Assembly: GCA_965234725.1 (NCBI GenBank) | Contig: CBDDUX010000038.1 | Span: 19,323-83,322, forward strand | DNA length: 64,000 nt | Direction of reading: 5' to 3' | Origin: Thermoplasmatota archaeon | GTDB taxonomy: Archaea > Thermoplasmatota > Penumbrarchaeia > Penumbrarchaeales > Penumbrarchaeaceae | In this document: positions 9,592-19,560 of the stretch, in pieces | How the letters are laid out: the number at the start of each line of letters is the position of its first letter | How positions within the stretch are numbered: the first letter of the stretch is position 1 | Notes under the pieces: model-generated | The model's input: only the letters and a program-made list of their open reading frames with translations | The model's database searches: none | Told to the model about the DNA's origin: nothing | Made by a program: the position numbers and the translations under genes

Positions 9592-12500
9592 TCAGTCCGT
9601 TACACGGCTGAGACAGGTCGCAGCGATCCTGTAAGCTTTAAGATATTCCTTCTTTATTACAAGGTTCTGGATGGTCTCGATATCCCTCTTGATCTCTCCA
9701 GTAGCTTTTCCCTGTGTATGCCTGATCTTCATTTCCTGACGTATCTCGGCTATCAGGGAGAATAGTTTGGTCTTGGCTTCCTCTGGATCTAGCTCTATCT
9801 CATCCATCGCTATGTCACCTGGAACAGGATCAGGATCCATACCACCTGGACCGCTGATCCCAGAAGTTGAAAGCGTGGAGATCTTCTTCACAAGGGATGA
9901 CATCTCGGATCTAGCCTTTTCAACATCAGCAGCTTCTATTAGATCCCTGATTCGAGCCATTGATTCCCTAAGGCCTTCAACCGGCACCCCTGCATCGACA
10001 AGCTTCTTTATCTTCCCCTCTTGTCCAATAAGACCTCCCCTGAGCTCATCCAGCTGTGATTGCAGTTCCACTCTATTTTCTATTCTATCCTTCAAGGTCA
10101 GTATCTGTTTATCGACCAGTTCTATAACGGAATCAACATCACCAGCATCCATAAGGACCTTGGCTTTTGTGTGAGCCGCTTTAAAGGTGGCTACCTTCAA
10201 ACCAACAGATCTGGCATTCTTGATAAAGGTTCCAAGTTCCTCAAGAATAATGGATGCCCTGGCCGTTTTAACCTCCTGACTCAGCTTCTCCCTCATACCA
10301 TAAAGATGCTCCATGGCATCCTTGAACCTACCATCATCGGCCATATTATAAGAATGCTGGATCTCCGGTTCAAGATCTCCGAGAGTCAGTCCATATCTTT
10401 CAGAATCGCTCCAAAGGTCCCGGATCTCCTTCTCTATGATAGAGAAGGTCCGTTTGGTCATCCTTTCATCCAATTCCACCTGGGCCCTTGTCATGAGGTC
10501 AAGTGATTCTTCAACATCACCTGATCTCATTTTCTCCCTTGCCATGTCCATTATCCTCTTGGAAGCTTCAGTATCGACTAGGAGTCCTTCGGCTTCTTTC
10601 AGGGTGGCCATTGCATTATCGAGCCTGTCCCCGATCACAAGAGAGAGCTTCTTCTTCCGGAGCTCCTTTAATAGTGACCTCTCCCTTTCCACACTTGATT
10701 TATCCTTCCTTTCGAGATATAGGTCCTTTACCTCTTCAAGACCTTTCTCGAAGTGGTCAACATCCACTCCCTGTTGCCTCAGGCCTTTCATCTCGTTCAT
10801 TATCATTATCATTAATTTCTGATACTCGACCCTCAATTCATCACGTCTCATATAGTTGAGCCTTTCATTGAGTATATCCATCTGAGCGTCGAAGTCCTCC
10901 ATCTTACCATTGGAAAGTGCTTTGGTCGCCAATTCCAATGGCTCGTCCAGAGGTGAAACGTCTATGGATAGACCTAAAAGCTCGTTCCGTGTCGAAAGGA
11001 CCTCGTTCAGGCTTCTCTCGGCCTGTTTCCTGATACTGATGGTCACTATCTTCTTGAAGGTTGTTTCAGCCTTTGTTAGAAGTTCCTGGGCCACTTCCAG
11101 ATCATTATCCTCAAGGGCCTTCTCTGATTTCTCGAGTATCACTTCCACAGGCTTGGCGTCCATGGATTGATGGAGGGACTCAAGTTTCTCCTTTAGAACA
11201 TTGATGCCTTTTTCCAGGGTTTGTGTTCTGCTCTCTTCAAGATCGGCCAATGTATGCGCCGCATCATCAAGAAGCTTCTCCATCCCCTCAAGTGCGCCTT
11301 GAATATCAGATGAGAATCTTGACAGGAGGTGGTCCTTCTCCCTCACCATCCTGATATGATCTTCTGATGCTTCACCCAGTATGTAGGATATCCTCTGTAT
11401 CATGGGTTCAACGGACTGGAGTATCATTTCGAACTTCCGTTTCTCTGCTATTGCAGCTTCTCCCGTGACCTCTTGATAGAGTTTCCTGAAATTCATGTAA
11501 ACGGTTACTGTGTCATTTTCCGAACCTTCAGGGAACCGTTCTATCTTCTGGCTGAACGCAGTTCTTTTCTCCTCATCCACAACCCTGCTGAGAAGCGACT
11601 TCATTTCCTTTGTCTTATCTTTCATTTCCTTCTGGAGGTCTGAGAAAAGCATCTGATTATCTTTTTCAATGAGTTCAAGGGAGGTCCTCAATTCCTTCAA
11701 GGAAGTGATGAGGTGTTCCACATCACCGGAGTTGACACCTTTCATTATCGTGGTAATGTTTGGGACCTTACCATCCAATCTCACCTGTTTCCCTATATCA
11801 AGGTACTGAGATTCCACAGCCCGGATGTTGGCTATCATGTTGTTGATCGCATTTGGAGCAAGGGATACCAGGTACTGTGATAGCCAGTCGTATGATATCT
11901 TCCAGTATTGATCCAACATTCCCATATCTTTACGCTGGAAGGCCTCCTTCATAGCCTTGAGATGGGGTTGAATGCCACTTGTATCTCCTCCGATCATTCT
12001 GGCTTCCCGGTCAAGGTCTTCCACCAATCGAACCTTCTCCAAGGAGGGGTCCGTTACCTCAGCATTATCCTCCTTCAATTCAATATGATCAGGCTTGAGA
12101 GAAGGAGCTTGAGGCGCTTCCTCCATCTCATCAGGTATCTCAACGTCTTCTGTTTTTCCATGTGAACTATCATCTTTTGAGAGGTCCTTCTTCTCAAGGA
12201 CCTCCACTTCAATATTTGAAGTGGGCTGAGGGACCTGATCTTCTTTTCCAATGGATCTTGATCCTTCTTTTTTATCAGGATGAGCACTGTCCTTTTGTTT
12301 TTTGGATGTTGATGAGGAGGGAGGTTTGTCATCAACCGATCCACTTTCCTGGATGTCTGAACCTTCTGGTTTATTTTGAGTGGGTGCACCATCTGCTGAT
12401 ATCCCAAGCTGGGAGGATACTTTTTCAAGATAGACCTCGAATTTCGAAAGGGCCCGAAGAAGTTCCTTTTCAGGAGCTGCTTTGGCCACTTTTTCTATCT

Positions 12501-12615
12501 TATTCAGGCTATCTCTAAGCTTTCCTATATCCTGCCCCTTCTCTTCGATCTGTTTAAGGATACTCCAGCTCTTACTGATCCTTGCCTGAACAGAGCTATC
12601 CCCTTTCTGGACCAT
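9592..12615 (-). CDS. Large cytoplasmic helical-repeat/coiled-coil hypothetical protein (1007 aa)
   Basis: E/K/L-rich with recurring G-x-D-V...A...GD helical units and a disordered N-proximal linker. Confidence 0.7.
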   Translation of the reverse strand: MVQKGDSSVQARISKSWSILKQIEEKGQDIGKLRDSLNKIEKVAKAAPEKELLRALSKFEVYLEKVSSQLGISADGAPTQNKPEGSDIQESGSVDDKPPSSSTSKKQKDSAHPDKKEGSRSIGKEDQVPQPTSNIEVEVLEKKDLSKDDSSHGKTEDVEIPDEMEEAPQAPSLKPDHIELKEDNAEVTDPSLEKVRLVEDLDREARMIGGDTSGIQPHLKAMKEAFQRKDMGMLDQYWKISYDWLSQYLVSLAPNAINNMIANIRAVESQYLDIGKQVRLDGKVPNITTIMKGVNSGDVEHLITSLKELRTSLELIEKDNQMLFSDLQKEMKDKTKEMKSLLSRVVDEEKRTAFSQKIERFPEGSENDTVTVYMNFRKLYQEVTGEAAIAEKRKFEMILQSVEPMIQRISYILGEASEDHIRMVREKDHLLSRFSSDIQGALEGMEKLLDDAAHTLADLEESRTQTLEKGINVLKEKLESLHQSMDAKPVEVILEKSEKALEDNDLEVAQELLTKAETTFKKIVTISIRKQAERSLNEVLSTRNELLGLSIDVSPLDEPLELATKALSNGKMEDFDAQMDILNERLNYMRRDELRVEYQKLMIMIMNEMKGLRQQGVDVDHFEKGLEEVKDLYLERKDKSSVERERSLLKELRKKKLSLVIGDRLDNAMATLKEAEGLLVDTEASKRIMDMAREKMRSGDVEESLDLMTRAQVELDERMTKRTFSIIEKEIRDLWSDSERYGLTLGDLEPEIQHSYNMADDGRFKDAMEHLYGMREKLSQEVKTARASIILEELGTFIKNARSVGLKVATFKAAHTKAKVLMDAGDVDSVIELVDKQILTLKDRIENRVELQSQLDELRGGLIGQEGKIKKLVDAGVPVEGLRESMARIRDLIEAADVEKARSEMSSLVKKISTLSTSGISGPGGMDPDPVPGDIAMDEIELDPEEAKTKLFSLIAEIRQEMKIRHTQGKATGEIKRDIETIQNLVIKKEYLKAYRIAATCLSRVTD

Positions 12616-12709
12616 TTTCCCAGCACCTCCCGAACATCCAAAATGCCGGGTTTATTAAAATGTACGTACGTTAATAAGGTTTCTTATCTAATTCACTAAT
12701 GCTGAAAAA

Positions 12710-15469
12710 CTACCGGTTGGATGTGTCATCTCCAGTGATCTTCAGTTCCTCCACATGGGAAACGTTTTCAACCGGACCACCAAGACCTGGACCTGGTAAA
12801 GAGGTCAAAGGTGCAGAAACTCCTTTTTCATTATAGCCTTCCGGTTTCGGACCTCCGTAGAGTTCCTCGTATGATACCTTGGGAGATGCTTCCTCCTCTT
12901 CAAGATCCTTCCCGAACGGGTCCTTTCCCTGCTTCTTCATCGTTTCGATATGATCCAGGAATTCCCTTTCTCGCTCCTTTTTCTCTTTCCTCTGTTTCTG
13001 CACAAGGATGAATCCTGTTATTCCGAAGATGACCAGTACCAAAATAATGCCAACAATGACCAGTATATTGGTGGGTTTTGCAAAATCACCAAAACTTGAT
13101 GAGGAACTCCCCGAAGCATTTCCCAGTGGTTCTATTGTTGCCACAGATAATGCACCCTCCCCTGCAGTATCAGTAATGATATACCTCTCCGCCAACCCTT
13201 TAATCTCTGCATAATCCAGGTGGTGAATGGATACACAGAATATTTCAAAGTCCTCCGGGTCTATCGGATATGATAATCCTCCCTCGGCCATTTCGGAAAA
13301 GGGAATATCCCAGACCAGGGTCGCCTTGTTAAGGATCCTCCCGGTTGAATTCACATAGATGGAGGGATCACCAATGTAGCTTCTATTGGCTATCATCATA
13401 TCATTTTCAGGCAATCTATAAGGGATCTCATCCCAACTTGAGATATTCTTGAAATCAATAAATGGTTCCTGATACCCGCTCTTCATAATATAGAGATGAT
13501 ATTGGAAGGATCCGTCGATCTGTATTGTATCCTTGATCTCAAGTAGGACCTGGATCGCATTCCCTCTTCTCTGCGTCTTTATCGAGAGGATATCCAGACC
13601 TGACTGTGCCACTGTAGAAACCGTAAAAACCCGATCCCCGGAACCTTTCAGCTTCCATTCCTCCTGGGTCTTAACAGAATCTGATACTGGATCCCTTATA
13701 TCCCTGAGAAGTTCTCCGATAGCAATATCTTCAGGAGCTTCAACAAGGATCGTAATATTCTTTTTGACCGATAGTTTTCCATCACTTACGGTTAGAACAA
13801 TAGTGGTATTACCGGAATGAGATGTAGCGTAGACATGGGATGCCACCATCCCTTTGGAGGTCTTCCCGTCCCCCCAATCCCATTCATAGGATAGTGGGTC
13901 CAGATCAATATCCGTGAACCCGGAAGCTTGTAAGGTTATTTCTTCGGAAGGGAACAATGTCAGGTTCCCTTTCACAATTTCTATAATTCCAGCCTCCGGC
14001 TGATCGTTCACGGGTTCTATCGACAGGGCTATTTTGACTATCTCGAACCCTCCCCTACCATCACTGAGTGAAACATTGAAGAAATAACTTCCAACATCAT
14101 CTTGAACAGGACTGAGGACCATTGTACCATTTTGGAACAGTTCGAAAAATGGCATCAATGCTTGAGATGCATTTGTTGCAAAGGAGAGGCTTTCATACGG
14201 ATCATCATCATCACCATATATCATCTTGTAGACCTTGACGGTATCCTCATCGGCATACATGTTGAATATCTCACCATTGTATTCGGAATTTCCTATCTTT
14301 GTAATAAATGGTAGATCGTCGACCTCTTTTACGGATATTCTGATCGAATCGGAAACGGAACCATCCAGATCCGATGCCTTGAAAGATACGATCTCCTCAC
14401 CGTACCAATTTTCGGAAGGTATGATCCTTGCATGGGTGAACTGGACCTTCTTTGTCCCCTTACCAATGCTGAAATTGACGAATTTTACATCTACGTTGAC
14501 ATTCTTTGATGTGATCTGGAACTCTACTTTATCTCCGCCTTCCTCTATGAAGTGACTTGATAGATTGAGAGGGGGCTGAAGTTCCTCATCCTCATTAATG
14601 ATTATAGTCTCGGCCCAGGGAGCCGAGATGTTCTCTATCGGGATGGTAGTTTGGGACCATTCGGTCACGTTCAGAGTATAAGAGGGACTGTTGCTGGACA
14701 GGTATTGCGCTCCTCCCTGCAGAGGGAAATAGATCCTGAAGAATATCCGTATCTCCTGGCCCCCGTCATTTCTCAGTTCAAATACGTCCCCTTCTCCATA
14801 AGTTCCGATCAGGTCCTGTGTTGTGTTAAGGACCTCGAAGGTGGAAGGATTTGTGGTTATGAGGTAGGCTCTAACGGCTCTGAAGGGTTGTACGTCAAAC
14901 TGATAATAATCAACCGGATCGTGTATGGGATTGAGATTGGTTCCCAGGGCCAGTGAACCGGAGATCCCAGCTGAACCGGGCCAGTTGATCCCATCATTCT
15001 TACTGTTGACGATATCCTTTTCTCCTCCCATCTGAAATGTATAGCCAGATGAGCTTCCCACGGGATCTGTTGATATCTCCATGAAATAGTCCCCATCATA
15101 TGGGACAAAGAACTCGACATCAGACCATCCTCCATCGGAGTAAAGTGTTGCGATCGGTCTTCCGTTGGGTTCGTAGAATACACCCTTTACATTTGCACCG
15201 GAATCCCTTTTTAATGAGAGTGCCAACCTCTGTGACTTTTCATATTTGATATCGTCCCCTTGAAGATCCTTTATCCTGAACACATCTCTAGTATTAACTG
15301 GATCAAGATCACCGGCTCTTGCATCGGTATCAAAGAAAATATCAACAGCTTCATCGAACAGGTACTTGTTCGAATAACCATTTACATCTGGGGCTTGTAT
15401 CATGAATGGTGTGAATAGGGACAGTACCATTATCGATGCTATAAAGAATCTATTGTAGGTTGAAAACAT
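12710..15469 (-). CDS. Surface protein with cadherin-like/PKD domains and C-terminal TM anchor
   Basis: Start placed at ATG 15469 (MFSTYNR, after GGGTGATAGG, begins a signal peptide). PKD motif YEWDWGDG...SHVY, VNDQP and VDDLP motifs, TM near the C-terminus. Confidence 0.8.
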   Translation of the reverse strand: MFSTYNRFFIASIMVLSLFTPFMIQAPDVNGYSNKYLFDEAVDIFFDTDARAGDLDPVNTRDVFRIKDLQGDDIKYEKSQRLALSLKRDSGANVKGVFYEPNGRPIATLYSDGGWSDVEFFVPYDGDYFMEISTDPVGSSSGYTFQMGGEKDIVNSKNDGINWPGSAGISGSLALGTNLNPIHDPVDYYQFDVQPFRAVRAYLITTNPSTFEVLNTTQDLIGTYGEGDVFELRNDGGQEIRIFFRIYFPLQGGAQYLSSNSPSYTLNVTEWSQTTIPIENISAPWAETIIINEDEELQPPLNLSSHFIEEGGDKVEFQITSKNVNVDVKFVNFSIGKGTKKVQFTHARIIPSENWYGEEIVSFKASDLDGSVSDSIRISVKEVDDLPFITKIGNSEYNGEIFNMYADEDTVKVYKMIYGDDDDPYESLSFATNASQALMPFFELFQNGTMVLSPVQDDVGSYFFNVSLSDGRGGFEIVKIALSIEPVNDQPEAGIIEIVKGNLTLFPSEEITLQASGFTDIDLDPLSYEWDWGDGKTSKGMVASHVYATSHSGNTTIVLTVSDGKLSVKKNITILVEAPEDIAIGELLRDIRDPVSDSVKTQEEWKLKGSGDRVFTVSTVAQSGLDILSIKTQRRGNAIQVLLEIKDTIQIDGSFQYHLYIMKSGYQEPFIDFKNISSWDEIPYRLPENDMMIANRSYIGDPSIYVNSTGRILNKATLVWDIPFSEMAEGGLSYPIDPEDFEIFCVSIHHLDYAEIKGLAERYIITDTAGEGALSVATIEPLGNASGSSSSSFGDFAKPTNILVIVGIILVLVIFGITGFILVQKQRKEKKEREREFLDHIETMKKQGKDPFGKDLEEEEASPKVSYEELYGGPKPEGYNEKGVSAPLTSLPGPGLGGPVENVSHVEELKITGDDTSNR

Positions 15470-15565
15470 CCTATCACCCTGGACGTTCTGTAAAGCCTCC
15501 ACTGGTATATTGAGGTTACCTGGATGGATATTGGAATTGGACCCATATCTACCAAGAAAATGTAC

Positions 15566-15599
15566 AAAAAAAAAGCGCCCCCGTTTAACGGGAGCGCTT
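15566..15599 (-). terminator. Hairpin + U-tract terminator
   Basis: GC-rich stem (AAGCGC..CCCG / CGGG..GCGCTT) followed by a T run on the minus strand, just after the stop at 15618. Confidence 0.75.
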
Positions 15600-15617
15600 G
15601 GTTGATTCAACCCTCAC

Positions 15618-17696
15618 TCACTGTGGGGGCATTGGAGGCTCTGGCTGTGGAGGGATCGGAGGCTGCTCGGGAACTTCCGGTGCTACTGGCTCTTCCGGAG
15701 CGGGTGGCATGGATTCGTCCACAAGAGGTTCCTCGACAGGTTCTTCGACAGGTGCCTCGACTGGTGCCTCGGCTGGTGGTTGCTCATAGCTTTCTTCCAT
15801 AGGCTGCTCATAGCCCTCTTCCACGGGCTGCTCGTAACCTTCTTCCATGGGCATTTCACCGGTCTCAATACCCATATCCTCCTCACCCATAGGTTCGGAT
15901 TCCTCAGGTATCTCCTCTTCCTTCTTCTTGCCCTTCATCACAATAAGGATGATGACCAGAAGGATGACCAAAAGGATCACAACAACGATGATGATTATGA
16001 CCATTGTATTGTCATCAGTATCTTCGTCTTTCTCGGCGATGGTCACAGAGAATGTCTGGGTTGCGGTTCCGTCATATGGGTCAACCACTGTTGCAGTAAA
16101 GGTGTATGTCCCGGGTTCCAGATCGGTTATTGTGATAGGGTTTCCGGTCTTCTCCCAGGTGTCATCTCCGGTCCTGGTCCAGGTAACGGTAAGTGTATCC
16201 TGATCGTCTGTCACATTGGCCTCCAAGGTGAAGGATTCTCCTTCCTTCACTTCCTCGGTCGGTCCCTCGATGGCATTTATTATTGGAGCTGTGTTGGAAA
16301 TGGTCACGTTAACATGGAAGTAACCGATCTCAACGGTCTCGATCCCGTCTGATACATAAGCGGATACGTTGTAGATCTTGGCAGTGGACCAGTTGTAAAG
16401 GAAGTAATCCATGTTCCACCCGGTGACAACGGTTCCGTCGATCTTCCAGCTGACAGTGAGGTCGTCGCCGTCCACATCCATGAGGTTGTCAACAGAGACG
16501 TTCACCTCTTCTCCGGTCTTCTTGTCGATCATCTCCGCATACCCGGTTCCCCACTCTCCAGTGGGTGCATCGTTGACAGCTTCCACGGTGAAAAGGATCC
16601 AGACGTAGGCTTCAAGGTCACCCTGGTCCATAATCGAGTAGTTCACTAGGAAATGACCGTTGAGGTTCTCGTCAACAGTGACATTGTACTGGTGCATTCC
16701 GGAATCCCACATGACCTCTATTCCATCCATGATATCATCGGTGATATCAACGGAGATATTCATGTGATCCGATTCTAAATCGGTGAAGTTTACTGTGAAG
16801 TTCACTCCCATCTGGTCTTCCACTAGATCGAGTTCCACAAGCCAGGAGAAGTTTCCATCCACTCCGGTCACATTGAGCAATTCGGTCACATTGACCCACA
16901 TCGGCGGGTAGCTCATCTCTTCAAAGATCACCTCATGTATAACTGGGGGATCGTTGACCGGTGCCACGTTCAGGTCAAACATCTCATATGCTGAATTACC
17001 ATTGGTATCGGCTGCAGTCACATTGACCTGGGCCATTCCCGTGAAGTTGGCGGGAGGTGTGACTTCCCACCAGGGATATCCATCCGCATCGGTGATGGGT
17101 GTGAAGGTCCAATCGTCAGGGAATCCCTCTGGCCCAACACCGAAGGTTAGGAAGGCATCTGCTTGGTCCATGACTGGGAGGAAGGCTTTGGTGAGATTCC
17201 ATGCCCACATGGTGTCCTCGGTCAGTGAGGGCATTGTAAATCCAGCGTCTAATATTACTGGATGCCAAATTGTAATCATTCCGGTTGCATTGACAGCCAG
17301 AGTGTCATTTTCAATCTCTACCATCCAGTCATGATCACCCACATAATCAGGTGAGTCTGGGGCAAATTCATATACCCATCCTCCCCTGGTTGCGTTCCAA
17401 TCATTAACATCAAGGGTCACGGGGTCAAGAGGTCCAATGGTCAACTCCAGAGTGATATTGGAATTGTTCACTGGCGCTGCCAATCCCTCGATGAACCATT
17501 CAAACGTATCCAGGATAGTGTATGCATTTCCATCGTCAGCAGGCGCAAATGTATCCGTAACAGTGACATTAATGGTTGTTGGAAGAGGCTCATCTGCCTG
17601 TACCTGAATACCAAGGAATGCCACCATAATCATAGCCATCGTAATTGATATGGCCATGGCTCTTTTTCTTAACAAGTTCTCCATACTCATCACCAC
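15618..17696 (-). CDS. Acidic surface (glyco)protein with Ig/cadherin/PKD-like domains, TM anchor and Pro/Glu-rich tail
   Basis: Signal peptide, many N-x-S/T sequons, VNDPP/VNDAP/NTAP domain starts, TM IIIIVVVILLVILLVIILIV. Confidence 0.8.
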   Translation of the reverse strand: MVMSMENLLRKRAMAISITMAMIMVAFLGIQVQADEPLPTTINVTVTDTFAPADDGNAYTILDTFEWFIEGLAAPVNNSNITLELTIGPLDPVTLDVNDWNATRGGWVYEFAPDSPDYVGDHDWMVEIENDTLAVNATGMITIWHPVILDAGFTMPSLTEDTMWAWNLTKAFLPVMDQADAFLTFGVGPEGFPDDWTFTPITDADGYPWWEVTPPANFTGMAQVNVTAADTNGNSAYEMFDLNVAPVNDPPVIHEVIFEEMSYPPMWVNVTELLNVTGVDGNFSWLVELDLVEDQMGVNFTVNFTDLESDHMNISVDITDDIMDGIEVMWDSGMHQYNVTVDENLNGHFLVNYSIMDQGDLEAYVWILFTVEAVNDAPTGEWGTGYAEMIDKKTGEEVNVSVDNLMDVDGDDLTVSWKIDGTVVTGWNMDYFLYNWSTAKIYNVSAYVSDGIETVEIGYFHVNVTISNTAPIINAIEGPTEEVKEGESFTLEANVTDDQDTLTVTWTRTGDDTWEKTGNPITITDLEPGTYTFTATVVDPYDGTATQTFSVTIAEKDEDTDDNTMVIIIIVVVILLVILLVIILIVMKGKKKEEEIPEESEPMGEEDMGIETGEMPMEEGYEQPVEEGYEQPMEESYEQPPAEAPVEAPVEEPVEEPLVDESMPPAPEEPVAPEVPEQPPIPPQPEPPMPPQ
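15778..15852 (-). repeat. Three ~24-bp intragenic tandem repeats encoding P(M/V)EE(G/S)YEQ
   Basis: The protein reads PMEEGYEQ-PVEEGYEQ-PMEESYEQ-P. Confidence 0.85.
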
Positions 17697-18129
17697 CTAG
17701 TTTTCACATAGAAACTATGCTGTGTTATCCCAGGTGAGTCTATGTCCCCTTTGAAGCTCACCCTAGCGATGAAAAACAACTAATCATTATATAAGGATTT
17801 CCAGGAATTGTTTACTCATTGTCGAAGTATTTTTAGAATTCGTTACAACGATGCGTATTTATTGTGATTTCCGAAAATATGGAAAAAAACTGTTTTTTAT
17901 CAAGGCCAGGTTTTGCATCCAACCAAGTTAAGGACCATTGATCCCAACATGAGAAATGAATAAGACAAAAAATTGTTCTTGAAAAAACCTGTAAAAGGAA
18001 AAAAAAAATGACATTCAACAGCCTTAAGTTATAAACAACAGGGGCACCCATAAATATCAGTACTTGATTCAGCGCCATGCCCCTGATGACATCAAATGTT
18101 ATTGGGAGGTAATGAAGGGGTCGGGTCCA

Positions 18130-19479
18130 ATGGAAGACGAGACCATCTGGAAAAGGACGAAATTCGCTGCAGAGATTGGTGAAGAGGATTACAATACAGA
18201 GATCACTCTCTGCGGTTGGGTCCAGTATACACGTAATCTTGGAAAAATGGCCTTCGTCCATCTAAGGGATCGGACAGGGGTCTCCCAATTGACCGCTCTA
18301 TCCAAGACCATGGACAAGGAGCTTTTCAACCTGATAGTTAACGTTCCCAGGGAATCCGCTATAAGTGTTAGAGGTATCGTGAAGCAGTCAACGCAAGCCA
18401 AGGCCGGCTGGGAGATCATACCATACAAGGTCAGGGTGATGGGAGAGGCGATGACCCCACTACCCCTAGGAGTTGTGGACAAGGTTGACGCTGACATGGA
18501 GACAAGGTTGGATAACAGGTTCCTCGATCTGAGAAAACCAGAGGTCCAGGCCATCTTCATGATCAGATCGACATTGTTGAATGCTGTCAGGGAGGTCTTC
18601 CTAGAAGAAGGTTTCATAGAGATACATACTCCCAAGATAGTCGCTACCGCAACTGAAGGAGGGACAGCTCTCTTTGAGATGAAATATTTCAATAGGAAGG
18701 CATATCTGAACCAGTCCCCCCAATTGTTCAAACAGACCATGATGGCAACCGGACTTGACCGGGTCTTCGAGATAGGACCGGCATTTAGAGCCGAAGAGCA
18801 CGATACCGTAAGGCATCTCAACGAGTACACCTCAATAGACTGTGAGATGGCATGGGGGACCTTTGATGACTCATTGGAGATACTCGAAAAGGTCATTCAG
18901 AGGGTCTATTCCAATGTTCTGAACAACAACTACATGGGCCTGGAAATGCTTGGACAGACCCTTGTATCACCAGAGAGACCGTTTCCCAGGTTGGATTATA
19001 AATGTATCATAGACAAACTCTCGGCAAGAGGACTTGAGATCCATGATGAAAAATCAGGGAAGAAGAGGGTGATCGAATGGGGAGATGACATCCCCATGGA
19101 GGGATTCAAAGAGATAGCCAAAGATAGGCCTTCCCTCTATTTCGTTATGAACTGGCCCATGAAATTGAAACCCTTCTACATTCAGCCCAATCCAGATGAT
19201 CCGGAGATTTCCATGGGTTTCGACCTGAATTTCGGTGAGAAGGAGCTGGTCTCCGGAGGACAGAGGGTCCACGATCCTGAACAATTGAAGAAATTGATCA
19301 GGGAGAGAAAACTTGACCCTGCGAATTTCGATTTTTACCTCAAATCCTTTGATTACGGAATGCCTCCTCATTCCGGTTGGGGTCTTGGAGCAGAAAGGCT
19401 CACAATGATCATAACCGGACGGACCAACGTTAGGGAAACGGTGCTTTTCCCCAGGGACAAGAACAGACTCATCCCATGA
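18130..19479 (+). CDS. aspS: Aspartyl-tRNA synthetase, archaeal type
   Basis: OB domain, TRLDNRFLDLR, ATEGGT, LNQSPQL, FRAEEHDT.RHLNE, SGGQR, YGMPPH.GWGLG.ER and FPRD. Start placed at ATG 18130 (ORF opens at 18064). Confidence 0.96.
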   Translation: MEDETIWKRTKFAAEIGEEDYNTEITLCGWVQYTRNLGKMAFVHLRDRTGVSQLTALSKTMDKELFNLIVNVPRESAISVRGIVKQSTQAKAGWEIIPYKVRVMGEAMTPLPLGVVDKVDADMETRLDNRFLDLRKPEVQAIFMIRSTLLNAVREVFLEEGFIEIHTPKIVATATEGGTALFEMKYFNRKAYLNQSPQLFKQTMMATGLDRVFEIGPAFRAEEHDTVRHLNEYTSIDCEMAWGTFDDSLEILEKVIQRVYSNVLNNNYMGLEMLGQTLVSPERPFPRLDYKCIIDKLSARGLEIHDEKSGKKRVIEWGDDIPMEGFKEIAKDRPSLYFVMNWPMKLKPFYIQPNPDDPEISMGFDLNFGEKELVSGGQRVHDPEQLKKLIRERKLDPANFDFYLKSFDYGMPPHSGWGLGAERLTMIITGRTNVRETVLFPRDKNRLIP

Positions 19480-19560
19480 ACTCGGATCTTTGCAAACTGC
19501 AAAATCTAGATATATCCAGATAATCGATGGATGTAGGCCTTGTTCAGGTAGGGGAAGAAG

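Noticed and set aside
15470-15610. N-terminal extension of the 966-aa ORF
   Set aside because: It crosses the upstream gene's terminator; ATG 15469 has an SD and begins a signal peptide.
18083-18120. Box C/D sRNA or hammerhead ribozyme suggested by CTGATGA
   Set aside because: No properly placed box D (CTGA) or hammerhead GAAA core; kept only as a weak leader candidate.
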